The position numbers were made by a program, and so were the translations under genes. The notes below the pieces were generated by a model. The model had not been told where the DNA came from. It worked only from the letters and a program-made list of their open reading frames with translations, and did no database searches. A DNA stretch of 64,000 nt from the NCBI RefSeq assembly GCF_001194135.2, contig NC_068987.1, forward strand, positions 95,902,121 through 95,966,120, written 5' to 3'. Shown here one piece after another: positions 12,573 to 24,380 of this stretch. Every line of letters begins with the position of its first letter. Position 1 is the stretch's first letter. Source of the stretch: Octopus bimaculoides. Its lineage: Eukaryota.

Positions 12573-13255
12573 NNNNNNNNNNNNNNNNNNNNNNNNNNNN
12601 NNNNNNNNNNNNNNNNNNNNNNNNNNNNNNNNNNNNNNNNNNNNNNNNNNNNNNNNNNNNNNNNNNNNNNNNNNNNNNNNNNNNNNNNNNNNNNNNNNNN
12701 NNNNNNNNNNNNNNNNNNNNNNNNNNNNNNNNNNNNNNNNNNNNNNNNNNNNNNNNNNNNNNNNNNNNNNNNNNNNNNNNNNNNNNNNNNNNNNNNNNNN
12801 NNNNNNNNNNNNNNNNNNNNNNNNNNNNNNNNNNNNNNNNNNNNNNNNNNNNNNNNNNNNNNNNNNNNNNNNNNNNNNNNNNNNNNNNNNNNNNNNNNNN
12901 NNNNNNNNNNNNNNNNNNNNNNNNNNNNNNNNNNNNNNNNNNNNNNNNNNNNNNNNNNNNNNNNNNNNNNNNNNNNNNNNNNNNNNNNNNNNNNNNNNNN
13001 NNNNNNNNNNNNNNNNNNNNNNNNNNNNNNNNNNNNNNNNNNNNNNNNNNNNNNNNNNNNNNNNNNNNNNNNNNNNNNNNNNNNNNNNNNNNNNNNNNNN
13101 NNNNNNNNNNNNNNNNNNNNNNNNNNNNNNNNNNNNNNNNNNNNNNNNNNNNNNNNNNNNNNNNNNNNNNNNNNNNNNNNNNNNNNNNNNNNNNNNNNNN
13201 NNNNNNNNNNNNNNNNNNNNNNNNNNNNNNNNNNNNNNNNNNNNNNNNNNNNNNN
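12573..13255. other. Assembly gap interrupting the TMC coding sequence
   Basis: N run. Other gaps at 1517-1884, 3300-3309, 4280-4289, 10378-10528, 20099-20108, 52040-52216, 53271-53280 and 55075-55585. Confidence 0.99.
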
Positions 13256-13444
13256 CTGAGGAAGAACTTGGAAACAGAACATTAAAAAGAAGGTAAAACC
13301 ATTCAAGAAGAACAGCCACTTGAGAAACAGGAAGTAAGAGGTGACACTGCTTCCAAAGAGTCCCTCAATTTTCTTTATGACTGATTGCCATAGACCTATA
13401 TAGTAGGTCATATTCCTGAGACGTCTCTTGAACCGACTCCATGA
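13256..13444 (-). CDS. Tmc: TMC exon with TM1 (SWSRFKRRLRNMTYYIGLWQSVIKKIEGLFGSSVTSYFLFLKWLFFLN...LPQ); runs into the N gap
   Basis: Hallmark TMC motif LW...IKKIEG.FG..V.SYF.FL.WL..LN. Acceptor tatttcag at 13445-46. The 3' end is hidden by the gap. Confidence 0.95.
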
Positions 13445-13553
13445 CTGAAATACAGAGATAAATGGAAAATAAGTTAGGAGAAAAATGATGGGGTAGAATA
13501 AAGAGAGATACAGAGATATATATATATAAAGAAACTAACACAAAGATACAGAG

Positions 13554-13588
<35 letters not shown>

Positions 13589-14072
13589 GTACTGTTCCAT
13601 GATGCTAAGATCAACAAACAATGTGCTCCATCTGGTGAGAGACAAATATTATTTAACAAAGATAATGTACATTTTTATGTGCTATTATTAGTTTCATGCG
13701 ATAAAAGTATGCCAGACAGTATTTTTTAGCATGTCTGGTGTCTCAGCACAATCTTCACACACTGCCCACATACCATGTGTTGTTATGCCATGTGGGCAGT
13801 GCCTGAATTAATATGTACATGGTTGAGCATCCAGCAGCTACATTGTATCATTAACATAATTCTTAGAATCTGCAGGGTGTGACCAGGCTGTACCTCTTGA
13901 ATTACAGCTATGATTCATTTGACGGGTTTCTATATAGTTTCTGTATATCCATGTTTCACTAACAGAGTATGGGTCAACTCTAGGCTATAACATTTGCTCA
14001 AGATGCTATGCAGTAGAATCAAATCTGGGAAATTTCTTAACTGTTTGACTATACTGCATCTTGTATGTGTGT

Positions 14073-14144
<72 letters not shown>

Positions 14145-14160
14145 ATGTATGCATGTATGC

Positions 14161-14191
<31 letters not shown>

Positions 14192-14549
14192 TGTATGTAT
14201 GTATGCATATATGCATGCATGTATGTATGTATGTATGTACGTACATACTTACATACGTCCGTATATATGTGTATGGGACCTTGATGACTGCCATGAGGCA
14301 GGAAAGCATACTAGTCCTTATATATTTAATACTCTATATTTAATACTCAATATTTCATATATTCAATAAGACATTTAATACTTCATTTCATTTTACTATT
14401 TATATTATATATTCCATATTCTATATCCCACATTAATTTTATAAGAATATAAATAAAACATAAAAAAAAGAGTTGGAACTCTTTTAAATAATATATTCCT
14501 CTATACATGATCATGCAAAACCCTTTTTTATATTTTTTCATTTTTATCA

Positions 14550-14935
14550 GGAGTGGCTATGTGGTAAGTAGCTTGCTTCCCAACCACATGGTTCCGGGTT
14601 CAGTCCCACTGCGTGGCACCTTGGGCAAGTGTCTTCTACTATAGCCTCGGGCCAACCAAAGCCTTGTGAGTGGATTTGGTAAACGGAAACTGAAAGAAGC
14701 TCATTGTATGTATGTATATATATGTATATGTGTGTGTGTTTGTCCCCCTAGCATTGCTTGACAACTGATGCTGGTGTGTTTATGTCCTCATCACTTAGCG
14801 GTTCAGCAAAAGAGACCGATAGAATAAGTACTAGGATTACAAAGAATAAGTCCCAGAGTCGATTTGCTCGACTAAAGGCAGTGCTCCAGCATGGCTGCAG
14901 TCAAATGACTGAAACAAATAAAAGAGTAAAAGAGA
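14550..14935 (+). mobile_element. tRNA-derived SINE family A (ggagtggctgtgtggtaagtagcttgc...gactgaaacaagtaaaagag)
   Basis: Many near-identical copies: 25890-26275(-), 28235-28650(+), 28665-29080(+), 31303-31675(+), 32380-32773(-), 46843-47243(+), 39838-40600(-, split), plus partial copies. Confidence 0.9.
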
Positions 14936-15041
14936 GTAAAGAGTATATGGAAAAACCATTATTGTAAACCAGCTATATTCCAAAATGAGTTTGGAATCAA
15001 CACTAAACATTGATTACAACTAAACAACTAAAATAACTTAC

Positions 15042-15120
15042 CCCTTGTATATTTGAGCGAAGCCATACATCAGTCGACAATGTCTTTTCTTTTGACCTTA
15101 TCGTGTCAGTTAAACTTCGT
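15042..15120 (-). CDS. Tmc: TMC exon (RSLTDTIRSKEKTLSTDVWLRSNIQG)
   Basis: 79 nt, phase 2/0, AG acceptor at 15121-22 and GTAAGT donor at 15041. Phases match both neighbouring exons. Confidence 0.8.
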
Positions 15121-15659
15121 CTTTGGTAGTAAATAGCAAAGTTGTTTAATGTAATAGTTGCAATGGTGTGTCGAGCGGAAATAGAAGAGAAAGAGAAAAA
15201 ATTATAATTAGCTTCAATAATGAAATCTATCAGAGGATTCAGTATAGTGGCAAACAGAATTTGGTATGACATTTAACTCCATCCTGTTATGTTCTTGGAT
15301 CCCTTTATATTCTTTCAGTTCCTCAAAGAATCACTAGAATGTTGGGCAAAATGTGTTGGGGTAGATATATTGCTTTATGAGGATGTAACAAAGAAGTAAA
15401 AAAAAATTTAAAAACTAGTTCATAATCATAAGAACTGGGTTCTTTCTACAATGCACCTTGGGAAAGTGAGTTATAGTATAGTCTCAGGTGGATTCAAGCA
15501 TTGTGAGCAATAGTGAGTACACAGAAAGTAAATGGGAGCCCACTGGATGAGTTGCAGTAATAACAAAAATGTGCACACCTGTATACATACACATACACCT
15601 CTCTCTCTCTGTATTTGATGTCTCTAGTGTATGTGTGTGTATATATATATATATATATA

Positions 15660-16830
15660 TCATCATCATCATCATCATCATCATCATTATTTAACGTCTG
15701 CTTTCCATGCTGGCATGACTTGTATGGCTTGACTGAGGACTGGCGAGCCAGAAGGCTGCATCAGGCTCCAATCTAAACTGGCAAAGTTTCTACACCTGGA
15801 TACCCTTCCTAACTCCAACCACTCCGAGTGTAGTGGGTGCTTTTACTTGCCACTGGCACAAGGGCCAGTCAGGCAGCTCTGGCAATGACCATGCTCAAAA
15901 GGTATTTTTTACATGCCACCTGCACGGGAGCCAGTCCGGCGGCACTGGCAATGACCTCGCTCGAATGTTGGTTTTTTCACGTGCCAGTAAGGCGACACTG
16001 GCGACGATCATGCTCGAATGGTGCTTTTTACATACCACCAGCACAGGAGCCAACTAGTGGCCCTGGCAACGATCACTTTCAGATGGTGCTTTTAACATTC
16101 CACTAGCACGAGTGCCAATCAGGCACCACTGTCATCGGTCACATCAGTGATTTTGATTTTGATTTCACTTGCCTCAACAGGTCTTCGCAAGCAAACTTTA
16201 TTGTCCAATGAACGAGGGGTATTCATAAGTGGGCTGGTTACACTCACTGGCATAGGCCACGGGTTATGGTCTCATTTGGCTTGCCGGGTCTTCTCAAGCA
16301 GAGCATATCTCCAAAGGTCTCAGTCACTAGTCATTGCCTCAGTAAGGCCCAGTATTTGAAGGTCGTGCTTCACCACCTCATCCCAGGTCTTCCTGGGTCT
16401 ACCTCTTCCACAGGTTCCCTCAACTGCAGCGGTGTGACACTTTTTCACACAGCTGTCCTCATTCATTCGCAACACATGACTATACTAGCGCAGTCGTCTC
16501 TCTTGCACACCACATCTGATGCTTCTTAAATCCAACTTTTCTCTCGTGGCACTTACACTCTGTCATGTATGCACACTGACATTATACAACCAGCAGAGCA
16601 TACTGGCTTCATTCCTTGCAAGCTTATGCATGTCCTCAGCAGTCATGATCCATGTTTCATTGCCATGTAGCATGGCTGTTCGTACATATGCATCATACAG
16701 TCTACCTTTTATTCTGAGCAAGAGGCCCTTTGTCACCAGCAGAGGTAGGAGCTCTCTGAACTTTGCCCAAGCTATTCTTATTCTAGCAGCTACACTTTCA
16801 GAGCATCCACCCCCTGCTACAAGATTAGAA
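15660..16830 (-). mobile_element. 5'-truncated RTE-clade LINE with (GAT)n tail
   Basis: Same RT C-terminal peptide as 11262, contiguous with the 3'UTR subrepeats and tail. Further copies at 19590-20095(-) and 62450-63255(-). 3'UTR-only copies at 7120-7535, 38295-38615, 46130-46385, 48990-49250 and 61447-61655. Confidence 0.88.
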
Positions 16831-17033
16831 ATGTTCAGCTGAAGAAGGATGCAAGGGACATGCCTGTATGCAAGGACAACCTCAATTTTACTTAGCTTGA
16901 TGTGTCTTCTCAAGCACAGAAAACTCAGAAATCTTGGTCCCCTGTCATCCCCTCTGTAAAGTTCAATGTCTGAAAATCCTTTCTCACTACTTCATCCAAA
17001 TAAGATATTAATAAAAAATGTTCTCAATCTTAC

Positions 17034-17286
17034 ATGACTTCTCGCTTATTGCTTAGATTCACTGGCATGGCGTTTAATGCATCTTTGCCTTCGCTTGTTA
17101 GGTATCCATCGTCTATTAGTTCGTCAGATTCTAACTTCTGCAGAATGTCTTTGCTGGTTGCTTTTTGTCGCATCCTCACAGTTTTATACATCAAAGATTT
17201 TGATCGGAAAGTTTTTCGTTTTTTAATAGTGTTAGTTGTTGATCTAGATCTTAGTGTTCCATCTCTTGCTCTTGAAAGGTCAGTCA
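17034..17286 (-). CDS. Tmc: TMC exon (TDLSRARDG...KDALNAMPVNLSNKREV)
   Basis: 253-nt open frame between the ttttcttctag acceptor and GTAAGA donor, phase 1/2. The 'MPVNLSNKR' segment resembles the TMC N-terminal 'P..L..KR' motif. Confidence 0.85.
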
Positions 17287-17596
17287 CTAGAAGAAAAAAT
17301 CATTTTATTAGTAGACAAAGCTGCAGAGACATTATGAATGTGAGTTTAACTCTTTTAACACCAAACCATCAAGGACTAATTTGTCCCCACAATACAAACA
17401 ACTCATTTTGAAATATTCAAATTTAAATTAACCCTTTAACTGTCCAAATTATTTGCATAATTTTGTCCTAAACATCCAAGCTTGTTTTCAGACTTTAGTT
17501 AGGCCTTATTTCAGATGTTCTGAGTAATATAAAGCTTTTCTTTCAAAAGTCCCAAGTTACTCTGGTAACTGAATGAAACTGGGAATGTATATCATA

Positions 17597-18140
17597 TTTA
17601 TTATTATTATGGCTTGGTTCCAACCTGGGCAGCAGCAATAAAGTCTGGCTGCCTCATTTCTCAGTCTATCATCACTACTTCAAGGTCCTGGATACATACC
17701 AGGCCAGTGTCTGCAATCAAGTTGTCTTAATTGTGACAACATTTTCTTCTTCTTACATCACCATGAAGTGGGTTCCACAAGACTAATTTGGATGCTTCCA
17801 CTTCAGAGTGGCACACATAGTAACCAGATAATTGCAGCTGTCTTTGCCCAGTCTTCTTGCTAACTTTTGGCAGGTTTCTATAAAGGCATTCATTTGTTAT
17901 GCATTGCTGCCATTTCACATTTAGGGCAATTCATAGCATTCTTGTGTAGCTTCCATTTAGCCCATTTGATAATTTCTTGGGTGAGCAATTCAGAAGCAGA
18001 CATCAAGATCAGGAAGGCACAAGCATGGATAGCCTGTCACAAACTAAAAATCTGGAACTCCAAATTGTCCAGGCAAATCAAAATCAAGCAGTTCATGGCA
18101 ACTGTTGAATCAATGTTATTATATGGCAGTGAAACATGTG
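17597..18140 (-). mobile_element. RTE-like LINE insertion with a 5' inversion
   Basis: Plus strand 17975-18138 reads SWVSNSEADIKIRKAQAW...LLYGSET. Minus strand 17975-17620 reads the continuation LNGSYTRML*IALNVKW...LVLWNPLHG. TATCATA flanks both ends (17590-96, 18141-47). Confidence 0.7.
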
Positions 18141-18770
18141 TATCATAAATAATGCATGGATACCAGGGTAATATGTCCTATGTATTATGTGTGATACACA
18201 GATCAGGAAAAGGGTTAAAACCATCTATCATAATTTTCATGTCAGAGCCTTTTGTTTATTTATATTCCAAACAGCAGTTTAAATATAATGAAAGTTAGTT
18301 TATTAACCATTTAGCATCTAGATTATTTTGTCAAATGTAATGCTAATTTATTTGACAATGTGTGTGTCTGCATATGCATGTGTAATTGTGAGAATGTGAC
18401 GATGGAAAAATTTGTATGTGTGTATGTCTTTGTGTCTGTGCTTGCACACACATGCACTTGTATATGTGTGTATATGCATGTAAAGCTGAACATTATGTGT
18501 GTATGTGAATGTGTACATGTGAAAATTTATGTATTTGTGTGTGTGTGTGCAGCTGCATGTGTGTGTGTGTGCAGCTGCATGTGTGTATGTGAAGCTGTAT
18601 GTACACACATTTGAAACTGTGTGTATGTGTTGTATGTATGTATACATTTGAACTTAGATGTATGCATAAAGGTGTGTGTGTGTGTGTGTGTGTGTGCGTG
18701 TGTGTGTGTGTGTGCATGTAGATATATCTGTAAATAAATAAGAATAAAAACAAAATCAATGTCTCCTTAC

Positions 18771-18911
18771 TGAGTCTGTTGCTGGGAAGGTTCTGGATCA
18801 ACTGTTCCGTGAAACTGTCTGACTGTGAGGGTGAAAACTGGGATGGTTCAATATTATGAAGCTCATAGCTGCTCTCCCCTTGGTCCATATCATATGCGTA
18901 GCCATGATTGT
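18771..18911 (-). CDS. Tmc: TMC exon (NHGYAYDMDQGESS...QLIQNLPSNRL)
   Basis: Polypyrimidine+AG acceptor at 18912-13 and GTAAGG donor at 18770. 141 nt, phase 1/1. A+TG joins the next exon in frame. Confidence 0.75.
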
Positions 18912-20560
18912 CTAGCAGATAAAAAGAGACAGATAAATAACAACATAAATACCATTGTTAACTGATTAAAGTAATTGATTAATTAAAAGGATACTTTACA
19001 AATAAGATCTAATTAAACTTTTCTTTCAGCTTAACTAAATAAAGTGTAGATTAGTTTTGGAAATTAGGGTGCTGGCCAAATATTCACACAATCAATTGTA
19101 TGTAATCTGTTACAAAACTAACTTATGTCTGTGTTCATAGAGTAATGGCATAAAACTCCAGGAATCAGCTGTACAATATTTGTTCCAACACTGATTTAAA
19201 TCTGTGTCAATAGGATATTCCTCAAACATTCAAGAGGTCAACCGTATGTTGTTTATTACCAACACAGACTTATGTCTTTGACCTTGATGTGGGTACTAAT
19301 CAAACAATAAAATGCTCAGCAGTGTGTTATATGTTACTAACACTGATCATGTCTAAGAACAATCCTTATTCATTCCTGTGATTCAGGCAAGAATTAGCTT
19401 GAATTATGATGACTAAATCAATATATTGATGAATCCTTTTAATTAAGTACAAAACTAATTTTTGTTGGGGACAGGAGTGGTTGAAAAAATTTCTAGGATC
19501 AATTTAAGCATCAACTGATTGACAAGCTGAAGTGAGTTATGATGTAATTTGAATTGGTGAGGGAAGCCCAGTTCTACAAATGTATATATACATAAACACA
19601 TAATGCTTCCAGAATCTATTTTGCAGAGATGAGCAAGTTTTCTCAAGAACCACAAACTGCAAGTCATCCGAGTCCTTTGTCACTTCCTCCATGAGGTTCA
19701 AGGTTCTGAGATCAGCCTTCAACAATTCATTCCATGTTTCATAGTTCTCTTTCTTCTGCAAGCTCCATCAGCACTCTCTTTATACAGCTGTCCTCATCCA
19801 TATGCAACACATGTCCATACCAGTGCAGTCCCCATTTTTCCACACAATATCTGGTTTCTCTTATGACCAATTTTACTCTTAACATACCTGCGTTTTGTCA
19901 TTCTCACACTGCACATCCAACACTTACACTGCACATCTTACACTTACACTGCACATCCAACACTTACTCTGCACATCCAACAGTGTCCTAACTTCATTTC
20001 CTTTCCAGTCTTTTCAAGTCCTCTGCATTCGAGGCCTATGTCTCACTACCATGCATCATTGCAGTTGTAACACAAGCATTATACAATCTCACAAAGCCNN
20101 NNNNNNNNGGGAGGAGAAGAAGAAGAAGACGAAGAAGAAGAAGACGAAGAAGAAGACGAAGAAGAAGACGAAGAAGAAGGAGGAGGAGGAGGAGTAGGTT
20201 GTGGGCAATGAAGAAAGTGGCTATGATACAATTAGTAATTGGTGCACTTGGAAGTATCAGCACTCAACTATTAATATGGCTGAAAAAGATTGGTACAAAT
20301 GTAAAAGGTAGAACACCTACAAAAATCAACATTGCTTGGAACTGCAAGATTTCTCTGCAGGGTTCTTGAAGCATGATCAGTAAACAAGTGTCACCTTAGT
20401 TTGCTGGCAGTGGACAACTGACACTTTCCATCATACCCAGCAAAATAAACTGAGAGTTTTCATCAAATAATAATAATAATACAGTTCTATATTTAAGAGA
20501 TGAGGAATTATGTACATTATTTACAATTGACTGATATTTGTCCTCATCTTGTTTGTTGTT

Positions 20561-20606
20561 AACACAACGTTTCGTCTGATATACCCTCCAGCCTTCATCA
20601 GGTTTC
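20561..20606 (-). ncRNA. Minimal type-I hammerhead ribozyme-like motif (degenerate)
   Basis: GAAAC-CTGATGA-A-GGCTG(10 nt)CAGAC-GAAA-CG-TT-GTGTT, with one mismatch each in stems I and II. Confidence 0.55.
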
Positions 20607-20834
20607 TTGAAGAAATTTCGAACCTGGGTTCTCATTCCTAAGGTATTTTTCGATGTTATTATTATTATTATTATTATTATCATTATTGCCCATGGGCATA
20701 TGGCGTAGTGGTTAAGAGCACGGGCTACTAACCCCAAGATTCCGAGTTCGATTCCAGGCAGGAACCTGAATAATAATAATAATAACATTGAAAAATACCT
20801 TAGGGATGAGAACCCAGGTTCGAAATTTCCCCAA

Positions 20835-20880
20835 GACACCTGATGAAGGCTGGAGGGTATATCAGCCGAAACGTGTTAAC
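20835..20880 (+). ncRNA. Minimal type-I hammerhead ribozyme-like motif (degenerate)
   Basis: GACAC-CTGATGA-A-GGCTG(10 nt)CAGCC-GAAA-CG-T... with a 3-nt deletion near the cleavage site relative to the other arm. Confidence 0.55.
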
Positions 20881-21184
20881 AACAAACAAGTTGAGGACAA
20901 ATATCCATCAATTGTAAATAATGTAAATAATAATAATAACAATGATAATTATTTCTAATTTTGGCACAAGGTCAGCAATTTTAAGGGGATTCTTAACATA
21001 GACACAAGCTATACCAGTTATAAACTACAGCTTAGAAACGTTGTTTTTAAGCATTTGGTCAATCCAGCTGTTGGTATTTCATAGACGTTTTTTGCTTGTG
21101 ACAGGTCATATTCTCCTTGCATGTGTAGTAGGTAGGTTCCGTATGTTAATGTGTATAATAATAATAATATTTAGTAGTAGGTAA

Positions 21185-21540
21185 AGAGAATAGAAAGTGC
21201 CAGATAATTGACTTTACCGTCCCAAATGATGAGAAAATCAATATGAGAGTTATAGAGAAATTAGCAAAGTATCAGGACCTAGCCATAGAGTTACAGAGAC
21301 TGGACAGTGCAGGTAAAATGTATCCCAGTAATTATAGGTGCATTAGGAACTATCACTAAAGATTTGAACAGATTAATAGAGGAAATAGGCATAAAACCCA
21401 GTTTATTACAGCTCCAGAAAACAGTGTTATTAGGGACAGTTAAGATACATAGGAGGGTTCTTGGCATCTAAGGTTATTTGTTGTTGCCCAATGTTAGGAA
21501 TTTTTCTTTTCCAACAGTCTAATCTGTTGTGAGTACATGA
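21185..21540 (+). mobile_element. 3' end of an R4/Dong-like LINE (restriction-like endonuclease C-terminus)
   Basis: Translates as CQIIDFTVPND...EKLAKYQDLAIELQRL...PVIIGALGTI...LQKTVLLGT.KI.RRVLGI* (one frameshift). Flanked by (TAA)n on both sides. Confidence 0.75.
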
Positions 21541-23619
21541 ATAATAATGATGATGATGATGATGATGATGATAATAATAATATGAACAGAAAGAAAAATT
21601 TAAACAAGAAATGAATAAAAAAAAAGAAAAAGCATAGAAGGAAAAGAAAATGTATGGTCAGTTTGCAAGAGATGTGAACGTTAAGACAGATGCCGAGGAC
21701 CGGTAGCTATGGATGAGGAGGAGTGACAATAATAATAATAATGGTCTGCAACATAAACACAAGGTCACTACTTTCAGTTGACTAAATTGACCTAATACTC
21801 GACTAGTGTTCATTTTCTCAAAATGTTTTATATTTAAACCCAGACAAAAAAAAAAAAAAAGAAAAGAAAACTCTGAAGACATTTCTGTCCAGTGTTCCAC
21901 CAATTTTGCATGTCCAATGCCCTAATAATTGTCTCCAGTATATCTATAAGGCCTGGAATTTGGAAGAAGTAATTAGTTGATTACACCCATCCTAGTACTT
22001 CACTGAGACTTTATTCTATCAACCCTGAAAGGATGAAAGGTGAAGTTGATCTCAGTGAGATTTGAACTTAGAATGTAAAGAGCTGCAGGAGTGGCTGTAT
22101 AGGCACAGGGGTGGCTGTGTGGTAAGTAGCTTGCTTACCAACCACGTGGTTCTAGATTCAGCCCCACTGTGTGGCACCTTGGGCAAGTGTTTTCTACTAT
22201 AGCCTCAGGCTGACCAAAGCCTTGTGAGTGGATTTGTTAGACGGAAACTGAAAGAAGCAATTTCAGGGGAGGGGATAAGTTATTTACAATGACCCCAGTG
22301 CTCAGCTGGTACTTATACTATTGACCTCAAAAGGATGAAAGGCAAAGTTGACTTCAGTACAATTTGAATTGTAGATCAGAGATAAACAATACACAAGGGA
22401 TATTGTTTCAGATGAGAAGTGGGCACTTTTTGTAATACTATCCAAAGAAACCTTAGAAAACAAACAGTTAGGATTGTCATGATTGCTATGTTTTTAATCA
22501 TATCTTTTAATCAAAGTCAAGCTGTGATTAATGTACAACCAGAGCATTGGCTAATGTAATTCTAGATACACTGTACAAGGTAAAAATTTGATTTTAAAAA
22601 AATGAGAGATGATCACAGCTGCAATAACTGTGTGTATAGGTCTGCTCATCCTAACTGTCTTTTATTTAAACAGTGTATCAAGACTTCATTATCCAGTGTA
22701 TTCAGCTTTTTAAGGTAGTAAAAGTATGAGGGAGGAGTATGTGAAAAATTGTTGTTTAGCCACGGGACAGGCTTGATTGATAAGACACATGATTAAGGCT
22801 ACATAATAACTACCATCTAGTCTTTTGTTTTTAGATATAATGTGTCTAAGACAACATCATATTGAGATTATTGACCTTAGTGAGATTTGATCTCATAACA
22901 GTAAGAGCTGTAACTAAATACAAGGAATGTTGTCTAATACCCGAACCCACATTTTTGAGGTAGTAGTTTAGTTGATATCAATGATCCCAGTACTTGACTG
23001 GTATTTAATTTTATCAATCCTGAAGGGGTGAAAGTCAAAGTTGTTTGTGGAAGGATTCAAATTCAGAAGACAAAGACCCAAGACAAATATCTTAAGGCAT
23101 TTTTCTTGATTCTCTAATGGTTCTACTAATTCACTGCCCCAATTATAATTGTTTCAAACTTTGGCATAAGGCCAGCCATTTTAGGGGATGAGGTTAGTCA
23201 ATTATATTCACCCCAGTACTTGGCCAATACTTTATTTTATCAACTGAAAAGGACGAAAGGCAAAAGTCATTTTGGCAGGATTTGAACTCAAGAGTGTAAA
23301 GAACTGGAAGAATGTCACTAAGTATTTTGTCCATAATGGTAATGATTCTGCCAGCTCACAGCCTTCAATAATAATAATAATAATAATAATAAAAATAATA
23401 ATAATAAAAATAATAATGATTTCTTTTAGCTGTTTATTTGCCACCAAGGATGATGAGAATGATACAAAGACAGACATAATGTGTTGGGATTTGTATAAAA
23501 CTGAATGATTAAAATAGAAGTATACATGGTATACAGTATTATAATAGCAGATGATGATGCTATCTCCCTGGTACAGGAGGAACTCTAGGGCTAGTCAAAG
23601 AACCCCACAATCCAAAACC

Positions 23620-24380
23620 TTGAACATAAAGAGCAAGTGCCCTTTCTAATGGTTGTTCTTTCACTTACAGACTTTTGCTTTAGTCTCATCCATTCTTGCT
23701 ATTTCCACTGTTCTCGCCCACATTTCAATAAATTCACTCAATGACAGCATCTCCCTCTTCACCCCCACATATTTTTGAAGAAAAACTTGTAAAAGTTGAT
23801 GAGGGCTCTACCAAAGAGGAAAGTCTGTCTTTATATCTCACCGTACGACTTCTCTGGTGATAGCCATTAGATAGAACTGCCTTTGCTGCCTAGTTGAAGG
23901 ATGTCAACAGAGCAATTATCAAGATGAACTCAGCAGACATCTGGATCCATCCTATAAGCAACAGTAGTTGTTTGACATAGCAATGCCTGAACACTGAACA
24001 AGTGCATGTAGAACAGTTTCATTGCCCTTGTATGCATCTTGGATAAGCCCATTTGACAGCACTTCAATGCCTGTGTAGTGTACCATAAACTAGTAGCATT
24101 TCTCATAGTACTGCCAGGTTAAGGGCTTCTGAAAATTATTCATATTAGATCTCGATCTAAAAGTCCTCTGGAACAGACTAGCTAGGTCATTTTCATCAAT
24201 GTCCACAATTTTCCTGAGAATGTTTGTCACTCTTTGCCACATATCATCAAAAGACTGCTAGAGTAGCATATCTACCAATCCTGTTTCCAGACTAGTAGAC
24301 CACTTAACAACATTCTAGATGCTAGGCACTTGGTCTTGGTTTTTGCTTCACTCAGGGTTGCAGCTCTGTCAAAGTGATAA
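23620..24380 (-). mobile_element. Degraded Tx1/L1-clade LINE 3' fragment
   Basis: YPRCIQGNETVLHALVQC zinc-knuckle-like motif, with many stops. A related end fragment lies at 25095-25320(-). Confidence 0.6.

Larger units (their letters stand above)
20481..20930. mobile_element. tRNA-headed SINE with Penelope-like tail, plus an inverted copy of the tail
   Basis: Head 20694-20766 has A box TGGCGTAGTGG and B box GTTCGATTCC. Arms 20481-20680 and 20768-20930 are reverse complements. Confidence 0.8.

Noticed and set aside
20694-20766. Possible tRNA gene with ACT anticodon
   Set aside because: The acceptor and T stems are poor and it is embedded in a repeat structure. It is better explained as a SINE head; tRNAscan-SE would settle it.
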